DNA of 64,000 bases from positions 62,001 to 126,000 of the forward strand of contig NIVC01001393.1 of assembly GCA_002269645.1 (NCBI GenBank). Direction: 5' to 3'. Positions 36,201-48,414 of the stretch are shown here, piece by piece; position 1 is the first letter of the stretch, and each line of letters opens with the position of its first letter. A program made the translations under genes and the position numbers. The notes beneath the pieces are model-generated. The model saw only the letters and a list, made by a program, of their open reading frames with translations. It was not told the DNA's origin and did no database searches. This stretch comes from Macrostomum lignano (lineage: Eukaryota).

Positions 36201-38754
36201 GAAAACTAGTGATAAATTCTTTGCTTCTTTAAAATCAAAAATAAATTAAAATAGTGAAAATTATTGCTAAAAACATAAATTTTGTGTCATTATTTTTAGA
36301 GATTTTTTTTTGTCAAAAATAAAAATTTTTGTAATATTTAAAAAAGATGTTTTGTACAAAAGCCTCTCTTAGAAAACTCAACTTGTGAAAACTGAATGAA
36401 CTTTTTTAGTAGAAACTTTGGGATAAATTTTAAGGAATTTTTTTCTTTTTGGCATACATTGGCCTACATTAAGCTAAGATAGGATTCTTGTTCTGGCGTA
36501 TACTACGACACAATCTGGACCCTGGTCGAATTGCTAATTGTGTCAATTCCAAATGAATTAATATGGAAATGATGTGTATAAAGTATGAATTGCTTCAATT
36601 TTTATATGAATTTTAATGTTAAAAAGATGTGTCCTAAATTTTTGGCGATTTCTCTTCTCTTGTGATTGAGGACAAAGAAGTGTCCAAATTTCCAGGAGTT
36701 TTGTGTGTAGTGCATTGAATATTCACTATAGGCCCTACAAAAAATATAGTGAATCACTATACAAAGCATTTTCATTCATTACCATTTTACCGATTGATGA
36801 CAAAGTATTATGAGTATTCAGCTAGTAATATTTGATATTCAGTATCTGAAAGCTTAAATCAATTCTTCATCATATATGACGACATGGAATATGACGATCT
36901 ACTAATTTAATTAGCAACCTAATTAACAACATACTCCATACTCGTAGTCGTACTTTATGCTTATACAATTGAAATATTGAGAAAATTACCTGTGTAATTG
37001 GTGGGATGGATAAAATTAATCTACATAGCATGGTGGCCCTAGTCCTATTAATTGCGCCAAGCGATATGACTTTAAAAAGTCCGATAGATAGCACTCTATG
37101 TAAATATGGAATTTAACTTAGCACGCTACGCTGGTCAAACGCGCGCCATTTGTATTAAATAGGTAAATCAAAATAGAAGCTGTTTTAAAATATAGTATGC
37201 AATACAAATTCTTGTTACAAATCATTTGGTTTATTTATTTCTGTGAAATTTTATAGACTTTTCAGTTGTAAATTCTATTATTTATGGACGAAATGAAAAG
37301 GCAAAGGAGGTCATAAATGCATATATACGCATGTTTGTTTTATGCATGCGTAGCGTATGTTAGTATATACATTTAATTGCTGGAAAAGAAGCAAATTTTC
37401 TTTTTGAGTAGCGAAAGTAATAATTATCATGCGTTCCTACTAGGCTCTTTAACCCCACTTAGCACCGCTAGGCCTTTTCAAATTAGTCTTTAGCAAACAT
37501 GTACGTGGATATAAGCTATATTCTGGACCAAACTGTAGACGTAGTCAAAGAAATCAGGGTGATGTATTTTTAGTACATGCCCATGCAGTTTTTAGGCTCA
37601 AATGGTGTAGGGGGTAGATGGAATACATGCATGTATTACAATTATAACATGAAATCATTAGCAGTCCATGTACATGTACATGTATGAACATAATGCAACT
37701 ATATATATGGGAACGGCTCTACATTTGCATGTTTTATTTTTTGTGAAGAAGAATTCCCAAATACAAGTGACGATTTAAGTCGACGGCAAATTTCGTACTC
37801 TGCACTGTATACCTGTACAGTACATACATATACAATACCTGTACCTGTATTCTGAATATCTGTACAATATTCCGACGTCGATAGACGTCCATGGCAAATA
37901 TGAGTAGGCACTTTTACAATATTTTGAAGGCGGCTGACGTATAAACCCTTTTTTCGCAAAAGATCATGTAGTGAGATACTTTTAGCTAGCGTTGGCATAA
38001 TGCAAATTCATTAATTTGCATCCGACGTCACAGGACATGGCAGATTGTTGTGGATAGTTAATTACGCACTTGTACATTATACGTACACGTATGGATTCCC
38101 ATGCAGTGTGCACCCAAAGTGCGCCCGAAGAGGCTGAAATTAGCCCCTTGTTGTTTAACTATAACAAGCCTCCATCAATCAATGCCTGATCCCAACCGTG
38201 TTAGCCTGCAGTGAAGCCGCTATATGGCAACGATACACGATGCTTGGTATTAGTCATTGGGGAAATGCGAATTCGTGTTTCACAGCCAACAAAAGAGTAA
38301 CTCATGATGATGAAGATGTAAATAGTAAAGTTTACATGCAATAGTTCAATTCAAACACGCGCTTGTGATGGGCAACTGGGTCTTTTTGTGACGATTGAGA
38401 GCTGCCTGCATACAGAATTAAAGCTGCAGGCTCTGGAAAGTCATCTGCTCTACATGCATTTGTAGCTAATAGCATGCGGTGAGTGCAAGTCATGTGATCT
38501 GACCTGCAAACAATCAACGAATGGACAATCTACATGTGGCCTTTGCTGTTTGCCCAGTCAAAGTATGCGCTGTTGCGTACAAAAAAGGTTTTAGCACTCA
38601 CGGCGCCTGGTGTGTGGAACTAATGACAAATCATTCGTAGCGAGAATTTTCATTTCCCGAATTCTGTAGCAATCAACACTGGTTGCTTCACCACAGAAAT
38701 GTAGCCATGATTTTTATTGGGGTTCTTAATGAGCTCCTGGCCTTACTCCTGACA

Positions 38755-38890
38755 TTGAGCACTCCTCACCCTGAGTACTCCCCACCCTGAGTACTCCCCA
38801 CCCTGAGTACTTCTCACCCTGAGTACACTCACCCTGAGTACTCCTCACTCTGAGTACCCACCCTGAGTACTCGTCACCTTGAGTACTTTT
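38755..38890. repeat. About 20-bp short tandem repeat (CACCCTGAGTACTCCC)
   Basis: About 6 imperfect copies. Confidence 0.85.
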
Positions 38891-39489
38891 AACCTTGAAA
38901 ATTAAGAAGCTGCAGCGTAGCACCGTGGACAAATCAATCAAAAGGGTGCTGCTTCGTTCGAGGTTCACTCGCAGGCTTGTTGAGAAAAAGTAAAAAATGC
39001 TATTAGAGAGCAGCAAAGTTCAAAAAAGAGTTGCTGATTTTGCTAAAATTTGCTTTTTTCGCATTTGCGCTGAGTGGAATTTTGCCATAAAAAATCTGTC
39101 GAGAAATATCCATCTACCAAAATACCCTGAATCATTGCTTGTCTGCCGGTATCATGAAAAAATATCTTGACACATGCTTGCTTCTTTTGTACGAGTAATT
39201 TAGAAGTCCAGAACGTGAGCTATAGTATATTTAGTGTTAAAACAACCGAAAACTTTCTAACTTATCGTCTCAACCCAGCGCCCTTCGCTTGAGTTGTCCA
39301 CGCATAGCGTTTCTACGAGCTCGTATAGCACTCCTGCTGACACACCTGATAGACCTCACAACTCATCTCAAAGCCAAACCTGGTATCGCGGCATGATAAT
39401 CAAGTCATCCATTAGTTTGTTTGACAGTTCGCAGGGGGCTTTGGGCGCTGAGGCAAATCAGAGACGAGAGCCGACCCGCTGCCACCTCA

Positions 39490-39620
39490 CGCTCAAGGAG
39501 AGCACGCTTACGGATACATGCGCATGCAGGCGCTCACGCAGGGTGTACAGCGGCCCTGACTTTCTCATCGTCAGACAGTATAGACTCTGCGATATTGGGT
39601 TCGGCCCCCATGGGTGTGAA
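39490..39620 (-). repeat. Unclassified dispersed repeat, copy B
   Basis: Reverse complement contains CTGACGATGAGAAAGTCAGGGCCGCTGTACACCCTG. Confidence 0.78.
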
Positions 39621-40340
39621 CTGCAGAAATCAATTAAAAAGGAAAAACAAGGCTGGGGTCCTCGGGCAGTGTGCACCAGACCACGTGACGTCAGTACCTA
39701 TTTTTAGAACTGACGTCACCTCCCGCCTTAGAGAAGGCCGGGGTCCTGGGACACGTGATTCCCCCGTAAACACAGGCCAGCGAGTGCATTAAACATGTTT
39801 AATGTACTTTTGGACTGCAGGAAAACACGGCTTGTTGTGTGACTTGCTCACAAGACAAGGGAAAACAGACCACCACCCGTGACTTCAAGACTGGAGCGAA
39901 ACGAAGAGTAGACCACAGCAGAGATGCCCGTGGCTGCAAACAAGAGCGCAGAAAAAAGGGAGGGAGGCAGAGAACAGGCAGACAAAAGGGGAGGGAGGCT
40001 GCCCAGCGGCAGATAACAGCCCAGGGCGAGGGTGAGGGCGAGGGAAACGGCTTAAAATAGTGCGACACCTAACACCAAGTAGCGGCTCACTACACAATTT
40101 TAACGCAGTCGTGCACGGAAGACGGAATCGAACCCACGTATCATTTTGGGGCAAAAGTCAGACGCGCAAACTGCTGAACTGCTCCAACTGCTTTGATATT
40201 CGGAAACTTTTTAGGAATCGCGGAAGTTGATGAGATTGGACACGTCTGTCACTAATAATTATATTTGTAGGAGAGCTGCGGGCAACCCTGAGCAACGCCT
40301 TTGGCGACATCGTCTCACAGCCAGCGCTGACGGCAATTCT

Positions 40341-40560
40341 GCCCATCCCGCTGGCTCCTGAGCACACATGTACATGTACAAGCGCGCCAATACTGTACGC
40401 AGGCACGCACTCACACACACGCTCACACAGGGTGTACAGCGGCCCTGACTTTCTAACTGTCAGGCATGTACACTCTCTGCGCCATGGGGGGGGGGGTTGG
40501 TGAATCCCATGACAACAGCCCCTCCAATTCTCGTGCACACAAGCCCCAAATGGGTTCTGT
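40341..40560 (-). repeat. Unclassified dispersed repeat, copy C
   Basis: Reverse complement GCGCAGAGAGTGTACATGCCTGACAGTTAGAAAGTCAGGGCCGCTGTACACCCTGTGTGAGCG; upstream homology to copy D (GCACGARAATTGG...GATTCACC). Confidence 0.82.
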
Positions 40561-41392
40561 GGCGCGAGAGTCAGACACATTCACCGTTGAGCTGCTCAGC
40601 TCCTGGACACGTCCATCTCGAAGCAGCAGGAGCGGATGATTGGCTCTGAGACAATCGACTTGCTGCAGACTCTCATTCCGTTCTACTCTGGGTAGCTACA
40701 ATAAAATAGGCTGCATGTCTCGGGCTCATCAAAATCCTAAGCCCATCATCACATATCCCACAGGCTCAGCTCTCTTGTAAATGTCACGCACAGCTTAGCC
40801 GGGCACATGCTGCGCGCAAATGAGAGAAAAGTCCACCGGAATCTGCGCATTAATATAGGATTTGCGCTGCTGACAGCTTGTCTCTCAGAACAGAACAATG
40901 CCCCTTGCATTGTAAGCATAGATACACGCTAGCATGGTGTCTCAGTTGACATGCAGTTCACATCAAGCTGGAATGCGGCACTGCTGACCAGAATTCCACA
41001 TAAATTAAAAAGTCAGGTCACGGCTAGGTAGTTTGACAACTATTGAAAGGCGGTTAGAAAGAGTATCGCGGCACAGCCAGCCCGTTCCTGGAATGCAAAT
41101 CTGACCTATTTTTATGTACGAAAGCTTGCCGAAGCTTAAATAAGTTTTACAATTTCGATTGTTTGTTAACAATCTGTCATAAGCGAGGTGTTCATCTGGT
41201 TTGAAGTCTATCTACATACTATAAATCGATGGCAACTCCAATAGAATGACGCTGCACTTGCAAGTTTATCAATATGTTGTACTTTTCCTTGAAATACTAC
41301 GGGAGACTAATGCCAGCCTTACTGCCATAGACAAAAGCTCTATTTACTCGTACTTTGGCAAACATATCTTGGATTAAATTCAATGGATAAAT

Positions 41393-41487
41393 AATCAGCG
41401 GTCCCAGTGCGTGACAACGATTGTCTGGCGAGCGCCGGTAGGCGCGAGCCATAGACAAATCGTTGTCACGTGCTGCGACCGCTGATT
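41393..41487. other. 95-bp long inverted repeat/hairpin (MITE-like or pre-miRNA-like)
   Basis: AATCAGCGGTC..GACCGCTGATT, CGTGACAACGATTGTCT..AGACAAATCGTTGTCACG, GCGCC-GGTA-GGCGC. Confidence 0.8.
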
Positions 41488-41650
41488 CTTTGCATTGTTT
41501 TTCTGTTTGACGATCCTACAGACAATGCATTGCTTGTAGTAATGATTGTTCTGCATAAAATATGCGAATAATGATCGTCAAATTGCTAAACAATGCGTGT
41601 AAGCCCAAATGGGCAGATCTGGACGCTGCGTACGGCTGTTCAGTCCAAGG

Positions 41651-41840
41651 ACTGGGGGGTCGCCACACACACCCTCAATTACCCCAGCTAATGCTGGCTG
41701 AATTTTACAGCTGGGTGAACTGAAGCAATGCAGAGTTAAGTGTCTTGCTCAAGGACACAAATTGTTCCAAGTGAGTCAAGAATCGAACCCCCGACCTTCA
41801 AGTCATGAGTCCGACGCTCTAACCACTAGGCTACAACCCT
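41651..41840 (-). mobile_element. tRNA-Met-derived SINE with CORE-like central domain, copy 1
   Basis: A box TAGCCTAGTGG, B box GGTTCGATTC, CTCAT anticodon region like tRNA-Met, then TGTGTCCTTGAGCAAGACACTTAACTCTGCATTGCTTCAGTTCACCC; homologous to 50790-50985. Confidence 0.82.
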
Positions 41841-42384
41841 GTAGAAAATGATGCTGCATTGCGCTTAGTCTATTTCAGACATAATCTGCTCACATGGCCT
41901 GTATAGAAAACGACTGGCTCTTCATCATGGCTGCCGATGCGCGCAGTTTTACTCTCGAAAAAAAGTGCACCTCGACGGAGTTTCCCGATCGCCTGGCTTG
42001 GCTGGCAATTTTCTCAGTATGCAGTGCACAGGGCCGCCTGACGAATACTCAGTTTATTTATTAAGCGATATTGCGGCAGAGCCCCTATAGCAGCCGCCAG
42101 TTTATAAAACTCGCTCTCGAGGGCTGAACTTCATCAGTTCTGTTTCGGCTTAATTGTCCTTCACTCCCTCCCCCATTGGGAATGGTGGGCTGAACGGACG
42201 TTCACTTATTACGACGACTGTTATGAAAGGGCCACTGCTATCGATCTCTTCTTTCTTGCATAACCGGGTACTCTTGCTTTTACTACATAGCTTTGCTTGC
42301 TCTGATAGATTATTGTAAGTAACTGGATAAAAGTCTGCCGCGATTTCCAATTAGTGCAATAAAGACATGTATAGACATACAGAA

Positions 42385-42630
<246 letters not shown>

Positions 42631-44334
42631 GAGGCACTAAGCTCGGCCAGTCAGCTGGGATTAGTGGGTGGTAAAGTTTGCTTTCTCCCAGCCCAGAAAA
42701 AATCGGTCAGTTTGCTCAGCGCCGAGTCGATCGCAGCGTCTTTCACATCCGCCATCACGCAGGCACAGAAAGCGTGAGGGTTAGTAGGGGGGGGGGGGGC
42801 GGAGCAAGACGGGCGAACGACTTTCGAAACCCTAGTCGAATTTTCGACTTCAAATCCTGGGATATTCGCCCCAAAATCCTCCGCCTAGTGAGGATTCAAG
42901 TATTTGCCCCATTTTTTCAATCCTCTTCGTAGCGTAGCCTCATTTCCTTCATTTCCCCTCGTTTCTATTAATCTACCCAAAGGCGTACAGCTCTCCTGTC
43001 TGCGTGTGTGTTGGTTCAAGGCTTCGTGGGTAGAAGCGATTTTTACGTAAAAAACACGCGCGTGTGCACTAACAAAACCGCACAATTTCGCCCAAAGCGT
43101 CTCTCCATTCCTCTTTCTCTCTCTTTCTCTCTCGCCGTTTCTCTCATCCCCAAGCCGGCCGCTTCTCCAATCCGCACTGATCCCCTGCGCGCCACCTCCT
43201 CTGCCTCTACTGCCTATTCTTGCCCAGACTAAAGCTTTGCGGTCCAAATTACCCGGCCGTATAAGCGAAGGGAGAAAATTTGGATTCCTCTGTAGGCAGC
43301 AGGCTCTCTGGAACCTGTCCGGGATCCCTTCCAAACACCTGCGCCAATCATCTCCGCGGTTTTTCCCTTGCCCACCTCCCCTCCTCTCCTGTCGCTTTCT
43401 GGCTCTCCTTTTTACTCTCACCAGTTGCCTACTAAAAGAAAGCACAACACAGCAAGGAGTCAATCGGAGTCAAGAGAGACTAATCCTTGAATCGTGGCGA
43501 CTATCAAGAATCTGTCTTCAAATTGAGGTGAGTTTAGGCTCCTGTACAGCCGTGTGAAAGATTAATCCTCTAAATCCCCGTGACAGGACAGATCCCAAAT
43601 GGCTTTTAATCCAAATTTACTAGCAGCAAAATTAATTTTCCCACTGACTCACGCCTGCCTCAGGGGGGGGATATCCGCGTGACTCATCACGACCTGGATG
43701 GCCACACACACACATGGACGGGCGGGTACTCGTAAAACATACGAAAACTCTTAGGAACCTAAAAGAGGGGTGCGGAACGGATACACGCGACGGGGGCAAA
43801 GTACTTTGCTATTATTACAAGCAAGTATTGGTGCACCCAGCTCTTGCTAATAAGGGTTGACGTGACGCAGCTGACTTCAGTTTAGTCATTTATAGCTATA
43901 CTGCACTTGTGTTATCCCAATAATTTTCTCCCAACCTAAAAGCCTACCCTATAGTCAAACCTCGCTTTCTACGTGAGGATAAAAGATGAGAAAAAAGCTG
44001 CTATTTTTTGCCTATGGACTGGGGAAATAATTTCCGGTAAACGGTCAATAATAGTTTCTTTGAAGAAGACAAAAAAGTGAAGCGTGCTGTGCAGAACCTA
44101 ATGATTTTAGTACGAGCTACTAGGCTAGCCCAAGGACGAGTTTGGGTCCTCGTTTTCTATAATTAGATCGTATTTCTGCTCTCAATTGAAATTTTTAGAT
44201 TCCAGAAAGTTAGCGTATTTAGTGCGCAGCTGAAAAGGCTGCTTGCGTCAAACCTTGGTAAAGCCGATGGCGAATTGAAAGTTAAGCTGAGTTCACCAGC
44301 TCCAAATCACCCTGTCTGCAGCTCTGGGTTGAAA

Positions 44335-44575
44335 GAAGAGAGAGAGAAAAGAGAGTAGAGGGGAGAGAGGAGAGAGAGGTGAGGGGAGAGAGGAGAGGGG
44401 AGAGAGGGAAGGGGAGAGAAAAGGAGAGAGGGGAGGGTAGAAAGGGGAGGGTGGGGAGAGAAGAGAGGGAGAGGAGAGGGTAGAGAGGGGAGAGGGGAGA
44501 GAGAGAGGGGAGAGGGGAGAGGAGAGAGAGGGGAGAGGAGAGAGGGAGAGAGAAGAGGGAAGAGAAGAGAGAAAG
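44335..44575. repeat. GA-rich polypurine tract
   Basis: Almost exclusively G and A. Confidence 0.93.
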
Positions 44576-45054
44576 ACAGCTGAGAAAAGCCGCAAATCTT
44601 GAGCGGGCCAAATCTCAGTTTCAAAAAACCAGTGGGCCGGAGTTGCCGACTCCTGCTATGCACAGTAACACAAGTCCTAAAGATGCGCCACACCTGGCCG
44701 CATTGATGTTGAGTTTTAATTTCGGCGGTGAAGAGTTTAGCCCCAATTAACATAGGATGAAGCGGCAAGATCACAGAGTAGTTTTGGCTGATCGGGCTCA
44801 CAGTTTGCTTGACAAAATCGAACCCCGCACAACAGCATGCCATCACTGCCAACTGGCAAATAAATCTCAACAATTTGCAATTTTATTTGGCGCATATCGG
44901 ATTACATTTTAGCGCACAAATTGATCAAACTGATATTGTGGGCGCATATGTATTTGGAAACTGGGTATTGATTAGCATTCTGCGCATAAATAACCTGCAA
45001 GTCCGTCGCTGGATCTGCTCTCTGAATGAATAATGAATGCAGGCTAACACAAAT

Positions 45055-45057
<3 letters not shown>

Positions 45058-45120
<63 letters not shown>
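45058..45120. repeat. (CT)n microsatellite
   Basis: Perfect dinucleotide run. Confidence 0.97.
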
Positions 45121-45122
<2 letters not shown>

Positions 45123-45803
45123 CCTCTGCCATCTACAGCTTCTGTTGTAAGTAAAGATAGAGAATTGGACTTTGCATCGACGCATACGCAGCCACGGGGC
45201 AACTTCTATGGCTGCCAGAGGCACCTCATCGATCAAGTGTCGGAACACAGCTGGGCTGGGAGTTGGGTTGGTTTTTGTATCCTAAGCTAATCCACCCTGG
45301 TAACTAGCAGATCTCTCTACCTCTCCCCTCTCCTCTCTTGGCATTGGACCTTGCTGCCTACAATTGTCTTTGACTGATTTTTTCCTGCCCCTAAAGTATT
45401 CAAGGAGAAGCTTTGCAACTCCCAGCATAGTATGGCGCGTTTCCAGTCTCGTTAGGGGCGATTGCTGCAGGGGTCGAGAGGGCGATGGTAATGGAAAACT
45501 TTACCCCCATTGACCGTGACCCAAGAAACTGCGCACTTTATCCGCACAATTTCCATCTTCTGCGTTCAAGGCGGAGGCCGCAAACCGTTTAACCATTTAT
45601 CTTCCCACATTTTGGCAAGCACCAGATGCGCTACTCTGCCCTAGCGGTTTGACTTCGACGGCTTGCTTTCGTAAATGTGCCATTGGATGAATAATAGCTC
45701 TGCATGATAAATTATTGCACTTGTGGCCACAATTTTTCTTTCCAGGAGCAGAAATGCTGAACATTGTCTGAATAAGCGCCTCCTCTGCGTTCTGGAATGA
45801 GAA

Positions 45804-46267
45804 ATGTCCCAGCAAGGGCTGCTGTTCCTGCAATTGTTGACCGTTGCCATACGGTTGCTAGGGTCCGGCCGAGCCCTTATTCTATTCGACACTGAGTCAT
45901 CTGATCGCCCGACTAGGGTGCTGCACTTTCTCAGCGCTCCGGCCATAGACAGCGACTGCGACCGCGCCTCCCCGGAGGTGATCCCCATCGAGGGCTACTT
46001 CAAGCTGACCACGGCGCCGGCGCCACATGGCACCAAAAAACTTTGCCGAACTCCTCTGGTGCCGTCTGGCGCTCGAGTTGACGACCCGCGCGGCATCAGC
46101 TTCTGGTTCATGCGACTGCGAGTCACCCGGCTGGCCGCCGGACAGAAGCTGAGCATCGCCAACACCGACTATGAGGATCGGCACTCGATGAAAGTTGGCA
46201 ATGACCAGCTGATAGACCTCACTAGCGACTCGCATCGGTACCCAGTTGTGCTGTATCTGAAGTACAG
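45804..46267 (+). CDS. Type I membrane protein exon 1: signal peptide and most of a CUB-like domain
   Basis: MSQQGLLFLQLLTVAIRLLGSGRA hydrophobic leader; C...EGYFKL...C...ISFWF...KLSI pattern; donor AG|GTAAGA at 46268 (phase 2). Confidence 0.8.
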
Positions 46268-46339
46268 GTAAGAGTATAATATATTCTAATATAGGTTATA
46301 TATTATATACTCGTATTATATTACATTCTACACAATAAG

Positions 46340-46700
46340 AGAGCCGGATTCTCAGGACACTGAAGGAGCGGAGAGGCAGATTCTCAAGGACAGTGAAGGA
46401 GCGGAGAGGCAGATTCTCAAGGACAGTGAAGGAGCGGAGAGGCAGATTCTCAAGGACACTGAAGGAGCGGAGAGGCAGATTCTCAAGGACAGTGAAGGAG
46501 CGGAGAGGCAGATTCTCAAGGACAGTGAAGGAGTGGAGAGGCAGATTCTCAAGGACAGTGAAGGAGCGGAGAGGCAGATTCTCAAGGACAGTGAAGGAGC
46601 GGAGAGGCAGATTCTCAAGGACAGTGAAGGAGCGGAGAGGCAGATTCTCAAGGACAGTGAAGGAGCGTAGAGGCAGATTCTCAAGGACTCTGAAGAGAGC
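46340..46700. repeat. 33-bp intronic minisatellite (GAAGGAGCGGAGAGGCAGATTCTCAAGGACAGT)
   Basis: About 11 copies inside intron 46268-46846. Confidence 0.96.
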
Positions 46701-46846
46701 GGCAGCCCTCTTAATTGAGTGAATTTCGCTCCCACTGTCAACGCAGAATAATTTATCGGTTTGTCACTCTGCTCGAATGCATAAAGATACGCTCGAGTCA
46801 ACGTCATCAGTAATTGACTCTCATGACTTTTTCAATCTCCCCGCAG

Positions 46847-48212
46847 ATACGTCCGACTTTACTGGAGCAGCAGCGGGCCCGCCCGGCTCAACAACCCCGT
46901 CAACATCACGGCGGCCGCGTACGCCAAATACAAGGACGGCTTGAACGAGACGGTCCGGCAGGATCTCTGCAAGCGGCACGGCCACTCCTGGTGCCAGCCA
47001 AATCGGCAGGCCGCCGGCATCTGCCTGGCACCCGGCGGCTGCTCGCAACGCGATGATTGCTTCGACTCGTTCAACGATCCCGAGAGATGCCCTGTGTTCG
47101 GGAACCTGACTGGCTGGGGCAGCAGCGGCGCCGGCGGCCTCCTGCCGTCGGGTGCGTGGGTGCTAGACCGGCTCCGCTGGCTGGCGCTCGCCGCCCTACC
47201 GCTCGCGCTTGTCGCCGCTCTGGCGCGGCTATGCGCTCAGCAACGTCGGCTGGACATTGACGAGAACTACGACTACAAACCAGGCGACGACGGGGCCGAA
47301 GAGGCGGATGCGGCCGACAACGAAGCGGACGAAGAGGCCGACAATGATGAGAGGCCGCTGTCGGTTGCGGCAAGTGGAGGCGGGGGTGGCGGCAATGAAG
47401 CCTACTACTCCTACCCATCCTGCCCGCCAACCCCGCCGGCCCGGGCCGCCACCGTGGCCACTCTGGCTGCCTCAGCGACCGTCATTACTTCGCCATCGAC
47501 GCCGCCGCCGCCACTTCCGCCCATCAGGTCGACGCCAACCCCCAGCAGCAAGGCTAGCGATAGCGTTGACAGCGAGACCGGCGAACGAGATCGGCGCAGC
47601 AGTAGCAGCGGTAGCGGCAGTCAGCCGCCGCCACCGACGCCTCCGCCTAGAAGTCGACGACGAGGCAGCCGTCAGCTGCCGTCGGTGGACGAGGCGAGAG
47701 AGGAGAAAGAAACAGTCGTCAATATTGAGCTCGGCGATGTCTGCTTGCGTCGGAGTGTGCGGTCGCCAGCGGCGCCAGCGGCGGCGGCTGCCAGCGGCGA
47801 CTACACAGAGTGGCGCAGCCGACGTGCCTCCGTGCCGTCCGCTGCCGCCTCGTCGCGGTGCAGCTACACCCGGCTGCTGAACCAGCCATCGCCGGACACC
47901 ATCGAGGAGCTGCTCGAACGACCATCGGCAGCAGCAGAGTCGCCGGATCGGGTTGTGTACGCCCAGCTGGTCCTGCCGCCGCAGTCCTGCCTGCCGCGCC
48001 CGTCAGCACCGCCACGGATGAAACAGTCGGCGATGAAGACGCCTTCGTTGTTGCATTTCAAAGCTCCGTCGGCGCCGGTGGAGCGCAGCGGACGGGAGCG
48101 GCAGACGCAGATGGAGATGCGGGCGGTGGCGCCGAGGCCTCCACCACGAAGTCGTCGAGGCGAACTGCCGTCGGTGGTGGACCCGTACGATTTGCACTAC
48201 ATTGTGGTGTAG
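46847..48212 (+). CDS. Type I membrane protein exon 2: CUB end (RYVRLYWSS...ITAAAY), 6-Cys LDLa-like module, TM helix, Pro/Tyr-rich cytoplasmic tail
   Basis: Acceptor CCCCGCAG at 46846 in phase with exon 1; CKRHGHSWC...GICLAPGGCSQRDDCFDSFNDPERC; TM WLALAALPLALVAALARL; total 609 aa. Confidence 0.82.
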
Positions 48213-48414
48213 CGTGGCGGCCAATTCTGTACAGCGTTCCAAACCTGATGTACGATAGATAGTAATGTCAGTGATAGTACTATCTACTGATAGTGATCAG
48301 TAGTGATCTACTGATAGTGATCAGTAGATAGTACTGAGTCATTAGCTCACTTACATTTTTAATTAGTTGCCTTGCGAATGCATTCTGAAATTAGATAATA
48401 ACGTTTTAATTGAC

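Noticed and set aside
39540-39580. Hammerhead-like CTGACGA..GAAA in dispersed repeat copy B
   Set aside because: Not conserved in the other copies (GAGA, CTGACAG) and no stem III/UH geometry
40095-40190. tRNA-like sequence on the minus strand (GGGTTCGATTCC B box)
   Set aside because: The A box and cloverleaf are too degenerate; at most an old SINE head
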